The position numbers were made by a program, and so were the translations under genes. Below the pieces are notes generated by a model. It made no database searches. It was given only the letters and a program-made list of their open reading frames with translations, and was not told the origin of the DNA. A stretch of DNA of 45,882 nucleotides from Candidatus Micrarchaeota archaeon (GTDB lineage: Archaea > Micrarchaeota > Micrarchaeia > Anstonellales > J096): positions 1 through 45,882 of the forward strand of contig JAADEL010000030.1 in NCBI GenBank assembly GCA_013153395.1, written 5' to 3'. This document shows, piece after piece, positions 16,507 through 23,681 of this stretch (positions within the stretch are counted from its first letter, which is position 1; every line of letters begins with the position of its first letter).

Positions 16507-17985
16507 CTATTTTAAATCTATCACACCCAGCGCAACCCCGTAATCTATCCCAAAGCGTTCTAATACCTCTGGTTTTACGATTCCCGCCCAGAAATCATAT
16601 TCTCCGATGCGGCCGCTGTAGGCAAACTCATCCAAAAACAACCGGGGATTTTTGTTTTCCTCCGTAATCTTTACAGGGAGTTTCTCCTCTTGGGCCAAGG
16701 TTTTGAATACGCTCATATAATCCTCCACCTTGACAGGGTCCTTGCCTATAAGGAAGCCAAGCTGCCAGCGCTCTCCATTGTTGTATATCTTTCCGAGCTC
16801 TACGGTCTCGTGAGGGAAAGGCTCCCTTTTATTCCTAGCCTCCATCTCCAATAAAGGAATCTCCAGCCCAGGCCTTAGGGAGTTAAATTGCTCGGTAAGG
16901 GGATTTTGGATCTCCTGCACATTATCATAATACTCTTTAAAGAGGTTCTTATCCCCTAAGAACCAGGTATGGACCTCCCTGAAGCCCATTCTTAGGAAGG
17001 TATCGATAAAGGGCTCTTCTCGCACCTTTCCATAATGAGGAACAAAGTATTCTTGGGGGGTGATGTTTTCATATCCGTAGTTGATGGCTACTTCTTCTGC
17101 CACATCTGTCCAATCCATGAAATCCACACGATAAGGTGGAATGATGGCCTTCTGGCCATCGTATTCTATGCCTGATTTTTGGAGAAGCTCTTTATAGGGA
17201 GCTTGGAACCCTATCAGGCTTTCTATCTGGGAAGAAGGTGCTTCTATTTCATAGTATTTCATGGCCTGAGGATTATAGGCCCATACCTCCGCTCCATGGT
17301 CCTGGAACAAAGCCAACAATATATTCAACGTCTGCAAAAGGGCATGGGGATTGGTGCCTGTTATATCGATAAAAAACTGGGTTGTTTCCTCGGTAATCTT
17401 GGTCCTCTCGCTGTTTATTATGGGCGGAAAGGAAAGCACCCCCAAGCTATCCTTGAGCATAGGATAATGGCCTTCTTTTACAAGATGGCGATAGGCGATT
17501 CCCTTTTCATGCTCGTTTAAGATCTCTTCAATGCTGGCCTCTCTATCCCAACCTAGTGGAACAAACCTCTCCTCCTTTACTTCCTCGTAAATAATGGGCG
17601 GTTTGATCTTTCCATAGTCATGAATGCCGATGGCGATTTTCTTCCTTTTCCTTCCAAAGGTCTCGTGTATCTTTTCCTGCAAATCAATGAGCTCCTCTAT
17701 CAGCGAGGGTGAGGGCTCGGGAAGCTGGGCAAGCCCAATCTCAATATAGGGCCTCAATGAGGGTTTTTTGTTTATGAACTCTATGTCCCATTTCTGGGCA
17801 TAATACTTCCGGGGCTTTTCTCCTTTTTGGAGGGCAAGAAAGCGCTTTATGCCAGTGATGCTTAGTAGGTCAGGCCTGTTGGGGGTAATCTCAATCCAAT
17901 ATTCTCCATTTTCTTCCTCGGTGGGAAAACCCAGCTTATTGAGAAGTTCAACATCTACAGGTTCTTTGGTCTTAACTACAGCCAT
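16507..17985 (-). CDS. pheT: Phenylalanyl-tRNA synthetase beta subunit (archaeal type, shortened N-terminus)
   Basis: EITPNRPDLLS (B3/4 domain) and a C-terminal class II-like core block. Confidence 0.85.
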   Translation of the reverse strand: MAVVKTKEPVDVELLNKLGFPTEEENGEYWIEITPNRPDLLSITGIKRFLALQKGEKPRKYYAQKWDIEFINKKPSLRPYIEIGLAQLPEPSPSLIEELIDLQEKIHETFGRKRKKIAIGIHDYGKIKPPIIYEEVKEERFVPLGWDREASIEEILNEHEKGIAYRHLVKEGHYPMLKDSLGVLSFPPIINSERTKITEETTQFFIDITGTNPHALLQTLNILLALFQDHGAEVWAYNPQAMKYYEIEAPSSQIESLIGFQAPYKELLQKSGIEYDGQKAIIPPYRVDFMDWTDVAEEVAINYGYENITPQEYFVPHYGKVREEPFIDTFLRMGFREVHTWFLGDKNLFKEYYDNVQEIQNPLTEQFNSLRPGLEIPLLEMEARNKREPFPHETVELGKIYNNGERWQLGFLIGKDPVKVEDYMSVFKTLAQEEKLPVKITEENKNPRLFLDEFAYSGRIGEYDFWAGIVKPEVLERFGIDYGVALGVIDLK

Positions 17986-18007
17986 ATCCTCTTTTTTGTG
18001 GAAAGGG

Positions 18008-18015
18008 TTTTATAT
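18008..18015. promoter_or_regulatory. Central TATA-like box (TTTTATAT) in the 51-nt spacer between pheT (17985) and the 18037 gene
   Basis: It lies 26.5 and 25.5 nt from the two divergent start codons. Confidence 0.45.
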
Positions 18016-18036
18016 GTTTCTTATGTTAGTTGAAGG

Positions 18037-18609
18037 GTGGAGGAAGCACTGCTGCTATTCATATGGGCTTTTTTTGAGAGTATAATATGGCCTATCCCGG
18101 TGGCCACCATATTACTGGGAATCGTTCTCAAGGATCCTAAGAACTGGTTTTTGTACGGGGCGGTAACTACCTTGGGCTCTGCTCTGGGAGGAACCTTTGC
18201 CGCCTACTTGGGAAAGCTCTTTCGCAAAAAGATATTGGAGGAAAAGGGCTTTTATTGGCTGAGAAGGGTAGTAGGAATAAATCCCGCTAATATCAAGGAG
18301 ATAGAACAACAATACCAGAAGTATGGAACATGGGCTATATTGCTAGGGGCGCTTACCCCCTTACCCTATAAACTCTTTACTTGGGTTTCAGGTATATTGA
18401 ATTATGATCTGAAGAAGTTCTTTGTGGTTTCGCTTATCTCGCGGGGAATCCTGTTCATGGGCGAGGCCTATGTGATAGCGGTGTTTGGAGAAGAGGTTTT
18501 CTATAAATACTTTGGGACGTTTGAGAACCTTCAATGGGTGATCTTTGCTATAGTGGCCATCTTGATAGTGTATTGGATAGCCAAACATTCTAAAGACTTT
18601 AGTTCCTAA
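18037..18609 (+). CDS. YqaA/DedA (VTT-domain)-like membrane protein (GTG start)
   Basis: Polytopic, with a P.P....L.....P block and a GALTPLPYKLF re-entrant-like motif. Confidence 0.6.
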   Translation: MEEALLLFIWAFFESIIWPIPVATILLGIVLKDPKNWFLYGAVTTLGSALGGTFAAYLGKLFRKKILEEKGFYWLRRVVGINPANIKEIEQQYQKYGTWAILLGALTPLPYKLFTWVSGILNYDLKKFFVVSLISRGILFMGEAYVIAVFGEEVFYKYFGTFENLQWVIFAIVAILIVYWIAKHSKDFSS

Positions 18610-18610
18610 T

Positions 18611-19036
18611 ATGGATATGGATGAGGTAGATGAGCAGCTCATTTATCTTTTGAGGAAAAATCCCAAGGCCACCCTCCGAGAACTGGCTCGTATTCTCAAT
18701 AAACCCCTTTCCACCGTTCATGCTCGTATAAAACGCCTTAAAGAAAAAGGTATTATAAGGGACGCTTCTATCGAGATTAACTGGAAGGCATTAGGATATG
18801 AGGTGTTGGCTTTTGTGATTTTATGGTTAGAAAAGGATAAGGTAAAGCCCGAAGAGGCGTTAAGATTCTTGAAGAGCTTTGGTTTCGTGGAGGATGGATA
18901 TGTTCTGCTTTCCAAGGGAGATGTGGTGCTCAAGATAAGGGCAAAGAACATGGAGGAGCTTTATGAGCTTACCTCCAAGCTAAAGGCCATGCCCTATGTA
19001 AAAAATCTCGATATTGTGCTTGCCAAAGAGGTTTAA
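18611..19036 (+). CDS. Lrp/AsnC-family transcriptional regulator
   Basis: N-terminal HTH_AsnC (LLRKNPKATLRELARILNKPLSTVHARIKRLKEKGII) plus a C-terminal RAM-like domain. Confidence 0.88.
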   Translation: MDMDEVDEQLIYLLRKNPKATLRELARILNKPLSTVHARIKRLKEKGIIRDASIEINWKALGYEVLAFVILWLEKDKVKPEEALRFLKSFGFVEDGYVLLSKGDVVLKIRAKNMEELYELTSKLKAMPYVKNLDIVLAKEV

Positions 19037-19527
19037 CAGGTTTTACAGATACCGAGGATCTTCTCCGCAGCCCATTGGATAGAAAGAAATATCAATCCCA
19101 GTCCTATCAAGCTTATCAACACCGAATATTGAGAAAGAAACAAGGCACCTCCCACTCCTAATAGGGCAACAAAAGGAGACAAGCATGCCACACAGCTGGC
19201 CGTGACCACAATGGTGGAGATCACCGCAGATACTATGCCCATTAAGCCTTCTTTTACCTCTATCTTCTTATTCTTGGCAGCCTCTCTGTTAGCATAGATA
19301 GACATCGGAATGGAGATGCCCGCAAATATGGTTAAAAGCCCGGCCAATAATATGTTCAAAGGCTCCTTAAGAAAGATATCCACAAAGGTGGAGATCCGGG
19401 TTTGAAGGTCGCCTTCCCCGGTCATGATATAAAAATTGAGGGCAAGTAATCCTAGAAACACCAACCAACCTAGGATTAAATAATGGGTACGTTTGAACAC
19501 CAGCTTCATTGCCAAAAGGTAATCCAT
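19033..19527 (-). CDS. Four-TM membrane protein with an intramembrane CxxC (SCVAC) and a C-terminal CxxC (CKTC)
   Basis: Hydrophobicity pattern and Cys motifs read from the translation. No family assigned. Confidence 0.65.
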   Translation of the reverse strand: MDYLLAMKLVFKRTHYLILGWLVFLGLLALNFYIMTGEGDLQTRISTFVDIFLKEPLNILLAGLLTIFAGISIPMSIYANREAAKNKKIEVKEGLMGIVSAVISTIVVTASCVACLSPFVALLGVGGALFLSQYSVLISLIGLGLIFLSIQWAAEKILGICKTC

Positions 19528-19548
19528 GTGTGCATTATCAAAAGGTAG

Positions 19549-19556
19549 TTTTAAAA
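19549..19556. promoter_or_regulatory. Central symmetric TATA-like box (TTTTAAAA) in the 51-nt spacer between 19527 and 19579
   Basis: It lies 25.5 and 26.5 nt from the two divergent ATGs. Confidence 0.45.
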
Positions 19557-19578
19557 GCCTAAGCGCCCCAATTTAGGT

Positions 19579-19941
19579 ATGATTGATAGAAAACTCGAAG
19601 AAAAGATTGTAGAATACAACAAGAAGGAGGCAAAGCTTCTTACCCTCAGCGAAAGCCTAGCTCAGATGAAGGCCCAGTTGTTGGAGGTGGAAAGAACCTT
19701 GGAGGAGCTCTCTCAGTACGAAGAACCTTATGTGTATAAGCTCCAAGGAGGTATATTGATTAAGGTAAAGACGGAAAAGGCCAAAGAGGACTTGGAGAAG
19801 ATGAAGGCCTTGTTGAGCTCCCGTATAGCCGCTCTTGAAAAAGAGGTGGAATCCCTTTCTCAGGCCTTAGAAAGATTGAGAAAGGCCTTAGAAGAAGAAC
19901 TTCAACAATATCAAAGAGGAGGTCCTAGAGGAGGTGCCTAA
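19579..19941 (+). CDS. pfdB: Prefoldin beta subunit
   Basis: Coiled coil, beta hairpins (YKLQGGILIKV) and a second coiled coil, in 120 aa. Confidence 0.82.
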   Translation: MIDRKLEEKIVEYNKKEAKLLTLSESLAQMKAQLLEVERTLEELSQYEEPYVYKLQGGILIKVKTEKAKEDLEKMKALLSSRIAALEKEVESLSQALERLRKALEEELQQYQRGGPRGGA

Positions 19942-19955
19942 GGCCTCCTCTTTTT
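19927..19955 (+). terminator. Hairpin AGAGGAGG/CCTCCTCT (9-nt loop containing the pfdB stop codon) followed by T5
   Basis: Read directly from the sequence. Oligo-T is the archaeal termination signal. Confidence 0.5.
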
Positions 19956-19979
19956 AAAAAAATAAAAAAATCACAAACT
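19956..19979 (-). terminator. T7 and T6 runs (minus-strand sense) immediately downstream of the PRC-barrel gene
   Basis: The plus strand reads AAAAAATAAAAAAA. Confidence 0.45.
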
Positions 19980-20216
19980 TTATTCTGTTCTCTGTTTTTT
20001 CACTACAATTACGTCGGCTACTGAGGCCACGTGGTCATAAAGGATGGATTTCTCCTTTAAGACCTTAGCTGCCTTGTCCTTGGAGGTTGGAAGAGGCTCT
20101 AGCAAGAGCCTTACCACGTAGCCCTTCTCCACATCGATGATAAGCTCCTGGACAGTGCCTAGGAACTTACCAGTATCGGTAAAGACCTCCATTCCATAAA
20201 GCTTAGAGAGCTCCAT
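19980..20216 (-). CDS. PRC-barrel domain protein
   Basis: L.G..V....G..LG.V.....D...G motif in a 78-aa protein. Confidence 0.75.
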   Translation of the reverse strand: MELSKLYGMEVFTDTGKFLGTVQELIIDVEKGYVVRLLLEPLPTSKDKAAKVLKEKSILYDHVASVADVIVVKKQRTE

Positions 20217-20226
20217 GTTCTCACCT

Positions 20227-20871
20227 TTATTTCTCCAGCTCCTTGAGCTTCTTGGCCACTAGGTCCTTTCCACCTAGACCCAAGGCCAATCCAATACCCA
20301 AGGCAATACCAGCGGTCAACAAGAGCACTATGGTAGATACAAAGGCCACGTTGGTGCTAGGGAAGATGGCTGGAAGTACTACTAGCACACCTAGGAGGAT
20401 CAAGAATCCCTGGATTCCTGCGGCCAACACATCGTTAAACTGGATGTCCTGTCTCTCTCGGATGCGGTCAGAGATGATATCTGCAACTAGCATCACAGCG
20501 GCCAAGAAGATCACTGCCTGCACAAACTGGGCATAGTAGGCTAGCAATCCTGTAAGCCATAGCTGGAGAGTAGGCATGCTGAGAGGACCTACTGCGATAT
20601 ACACTATGAGCAAGAACACATAAAATCCTATCAAGAAGGCCACTATATCCACTGGTTTTATTCCTATAAAGGCGTCCTGCACCTTGAGTTCCTCCAGCTT
20701 CTTATCTATTCCTAGCCCCTTCCAGGTCTTTCTCACTAGCTTCATAGCTATCCAGGCCACTATGTAGGCTATCACTAAGGCAATCACTAAGAAAAACGCT
20801 TGTACCAAGTATACCAAAGCACTCTCTAATGCTCCGGCTACTACATTCAAAAAGGTTTCTACGTAATTCAT
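20227..20871 (-). CDS. Polytopic membrane protein with a conserved TM-helix-like C-terminal repeat (GIALGIGLALGLGGKDLVAK)
   Basis: Hydrophobicity pattern. The C-terminal motif resembles the TM_helix repeat seen in MscS-associated proteins. Confidence 0.55.
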   Translation of the reverse strand: MNYVETFLNVVAGALESALVYLVQAFFLVIALVIAYIVAWIAMKLVRKTWKGLGIDKKLEELKVQDAFIGIKPVDIVAFLIGFYVFLLIVYIAVGPLSMPTLQLWLTGLLAYYAQFVQAVIFLAAVMLVADIISDRIRERQDIQFNDVLAAGIQGFLILLGVLVVLPAIFPSTNVAFVSTIVLLLTAGIALGIGLALGLGGKDLVAKKLKELEK

Positions 20872-20893
20872 AACTAAAAATTACTTAGGGATG

Positions 20894-20901
20894 TTTTTAA
20901 A
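20894..20901. promoter_or_regulatory. Central TATA-like box (TTTTTAAA) in the 51-nt spacer between 20871 and 20923
   Basis: It lies 26.5 and 25.5 nt from the two divergent ATGs. Confidence 0.45.
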
Positions 20902-20922
20902 CCTATCGCCCAATGTTAAAAC

Positions 20923-21756
20923 ATGAGGTTAGAGGAAGTTGAACGCCGTTTTTCTGAGCTTCTTCACCGCTACATCCAGAAATGGGAGAAGATAGAAGGA
21001 ACGTTGAAAGAATATGAGGTAGGGGTAGGTATGGGAGGAAGCTCCATGGGCCTAAGAATATTAGAGGACCTAGGTCATATTACCAGGTACTCTACCTACT
21101 GGGAATGTCTTCCTTCCAAGCCCTCTAAAGCCCTTCTCATAAGCTACTCGGGCAACACGGAAGAAGTGCTTTCTTATCTGGGAAAGGTGGAACATCTGGG
21201 GATCACCGCAGGCGGCACCTTGGCCCAACATCCTCCTGTGCTAAAGCTCGACCAAGGCTATGTGCCTAGAGCCGGGGTAGTGGAGATGATACCCCTGTTA
21301 ATGCTGGGATATGGTGAAAAGAAGAGATTGGAAGAATGGATGGACTATGAATTGGAAGGATGGGAGGAGGTGGTAAGATATCTGGAAGGCGCACCTTATG
21401 CTATCATCTATGGACTCGAATACAATCATTTCCCTTCTTATTACATGAAAGCCTCGTTGAATGAGAATGCGAAGATGCCCGTTAGCTGGGCCCTTCTTCC
21501 TGAGGATAACCACAACGGCTTGGAGGGCCTTCCTTCCCACATACCTATTGTTATTCTCGGAACTCCCAACAATAAGCGGGTGAAAAAAAGGATAGCATTC
21601 CTCCAGGAGGAGTTTGGAGCCCTCCATCTAGAAGGCACTCCTTTGGAGCTGGCCCATCTCTCCCTCAAAGTGAGCTTGGAGCTGGCCCGGAAGAAAGGGA
21701 TTACCCCTGAGGACACTCCTCGAGTAGCCCGACTAAAAACATATTTAAAAGCTTAG
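20923..21756 (+). CDS. SIS-domain bifunctional phosphoglucose/phosphomannose isomerase-like protein
   Basis: GVGMGGSSMG and ISYSGNTEE motifs. Confidence 0.75.
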   Translation: MRLEEVERRFSELLHRYIQKWEKIEGTLKEYEVGVGMGGSSMGLRILEDLGHITRYSTYWECLPSKPSKALLISYSGNTEEVLSYLGKVEHLGITAGGTLAQHPPVLKLDQGYVPRAGVVEMIPLLMLGYGEKKRLEEWMDYELEGWEEVVRYLEGAPYAIIYGLEYNHFPSYYMKASLNENAKMPVSWALLPEDNHNGLEGLPSHIPIVILGTPNNKRVKKRIAFLQEEFGALHLEGTPLELAHLSLKVSLELARKKGITPEDTPRVARLKTYLKA

Positions 21757-21770
21757 CTCCTAAAAATAGT

Positions 21771-22520
21771 GTGTATTGGTTGTTTTTGCTGGGATTGGCT
21801 TTCGGGATAGAGTTGATAGAACCTGTTCAAAAGCCCATTCATGACGGCGAGATTATCTATGAGGCCAATCTTACACCTGTGGAGGAACTTACCCTGGCTT
21901 TCTCCCCTTATCAAGATGGAAAGGCCTATGATTATGCGGTGGTAGATGTCCCCGAAGGATGGAGGAAGATAGACTCTCCGCTCTATGCCAACCCCATTCA
22001 GGTTACTATTATTCCTTCGGAATTTGCCAAAGGAGAATACCTTATCCCTATCCATATCTACGATGAAGGAGGATTCGACAACCTTCCCAACCTCACCGTA
22101 TATGTAAAAATAAACATTGAACAAGACTTTTTCAACATAAGCTATCCTAGCTATATTGCTGGAAACATAAAACAGCCGGTAAGGTTTCATGTGAACATTA
22201 GTACGCGCACCCCTACCGTGTTCGTGGTGGAGGCCGAAAGCGAATACAACACCTTCAAGAAAGAGATTCTGGTAAAGGACTTCCACTCTCAAACGATTGA
22301 GTTTATCTATCCTGTCCCCGATTACTATTGGATTAATATTACGGTTTACCCTAAGTATGCATCCTCCATAGTAAAGGAGGGCAAGATAAAGGCCCACATA
22401 AAGGAAAGTTTCTTCGATGACCTGAGGAGCTTTTCCTACGGTATTTTGCTATATTATCCTACTCAGCTTCTCTCCAACGGCCTTATTTCCTTCTTCTACT
22501 CTCTTCTATCCATCTCTTGA
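21771..22520 (+). CDS. Exported hypothetical protein with an N-terminal signal/TM, a beta-rich body carrying several N-x-S/T sequons, and a C-terminal hydrophobic tail (GTG start)
   Basis: A TATA-like box at 21743-21751 sits 25 nt upstream. Composition matches the neighbouring genes, unlike the Arg-rich antisense ORF. Confidence 0.6.
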   Translation: MYWLFLLGLAFGIELIEPVQKPIHDGEIIYEANLTPVEELTLAFSPYQDGKAYDYAVVDVPEGWRKIDSPLYANPIQVTIIPSEFAKGEYLIPIHIYDEGGFDNLPNLTVYVKINIEQDFFNISYPSYIAGNIKQPVRFHVNISTRTPTVFVVEAESEYNTFKKEILVKDFHSQTIEFIYPVPDYYWINITVYPKYASSIVKEGKIKAHIKESFFDDLRSFSYGILLYYPTQLLSNGLISFFYSLLSIS

Positions 22521-23034
22521 AGGCTTCCTCCACTTTTTTGAGGACCTCGAAGTTTTTCTCCATCTTCTGGTTTATGATCGAGATAAGGTCTTCATCTATG
22601 GTAAGATGGGACAATGGAGCACTCATATACACATTTCCCATCATCTCGATCAGATAACCTACTCGGGCCCGGGAGACTCCTGAACGCTTTACTCCAATCT
22701 CCTTTACCAAATCCACCACATCCAACGCTAACTCCCAATCCTTGGCCATTATATGGAGGATAAAGGGCTCTACTCTCAACCATCCTTCTTTGGGTAGATC
22801 CTGGAGGTCCTCAAGTGAGATGGTGCGATGGAAGGTGAGATATTTTTCGCTATCTACCTTTCTTCCCCTATCAATAAGCACCATCACCCTTCCTGAGCAG
22901 GAGGAAGTTGTAAAGAGCCCGGGATGGCTGTTTATGATCTCAAGCAAAGGAATAATAGGAGGATCCACCTCCTTTTCCTCCAGATAATACTGGAGTTTCT
23001 TCAAGGTAGCCTCCTTTTTCTCCTCGAAGCTCAT
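22483..23034 (-). CDS. taw3: tRNA wyosine-derivative methyltransferase Taw3/TYW3 homolog
   Basis: TTSSCSGR signature motif. Confidence 0.78.
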   Translation of the reverse strand: MSFEEKKEATLKKLQYYLEEKEVDPPIIPLLEIINSHPGLFTTSSCSGRVMVLIDRGRKVDSEKYLTFHRTISLEDLQDLPKEGWLRVEPFILHIMAKDWELALDVVDLVKEIGVKRSGVSRARVGYLIEMMGNVYMSAPLSHLTIDEDLISIINQKMEKNFEVLKKVEEAFKRWIEESRRRK

Positions 23035-23681
23035 CCTCTCACCAGGGCAATCACCTCCTCCGCACTCATATAACCGTAGCTCTTGTTCTCATAGATGAGG
23101 GTGGGAAAGGAGGTGACATTATAGCGTTGGGCCAGATACTCGCCCAACCCGGGCAGCAACCCATCGAAAGAATAAACCCTCAACGAGATGTTCATCTCCT
23201 TCAGCTTCTCCCGAGCCTTGGAGAGCTCAAATCCTTGATCATGACACTTAGGACACTTCCCTGGTTCATTGGTATAGAAGTAAATGAGTTGTTTGGTAGG
23301 ATAGTTACATTCCTCGATAGCCTTTCTCACAATGAGCATATCTCGATATTCATACTCAAAATAGGTGTTCTTGAGCTGGGGATCTGTCTTTCCCTGCTCC
23401 TCCAGATATTGCAATCTCTCACCTATCTTCCAGCTCTCCTCTTCAAGCCGGGGAATAATATAAGATGTCATGTCGCAGAAGCTCTCATTCTCCAACAACA
23501 AGGCAAACTGGAGCACATTCAAGGATCCTGAGATATCCTGGGTTTTATCGATGAGATGGGTATTTATGGTCTCGGTATAAAAGATGCCGAAGATAAAACC
23601 AGCGATAAATATCAACAACGTGAGAACAAAGGCACTCAAGAAAAGGGCGGTAGAGAACTCCCGCTTCATCTTGTCTCCCAT
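23031..23681 (-). CDS. Membrane-anchored thioredoxin-fold protein with a CPKC active site
   Basis: N-terminal TM, then a helical region, then a Trx-like C-terminal domain (CPKC...SFPTLIY). N-x-S/T sequons suggest the domain faces outward. Confidence 0.7.
   Translation of the reverse strand: MGDKMKREFSTALFLSAFVLTLLIFIAGFIFGIFYTETINTHLIDKTQDISGSLNVLQFALLLENESFCDMTSYIIPRLEEESWKIGERLQYLEEQGKTDPQLKNTYFEYEYRDMLIVRKAIEECNYPTKQLIYFYTNEPGKCPKCHDQGFELSKAREKLKEMNISLRVYSFDGLLPGLGEYLAQRYNVTSFPTLIYENKSYGYMSAEEVIALVRG

Noticed and set aside
21753-22397. The 214-aa minus-strand ORF antisense to 21771..22520
   Set aside because: It is Arg/Gly/Asn-rich, atypical for this genome, and has no upstream TATA-like box or Shine-Dalgarno sequence. 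The plus-strand frame has signal peptide, sequon and promoter features.
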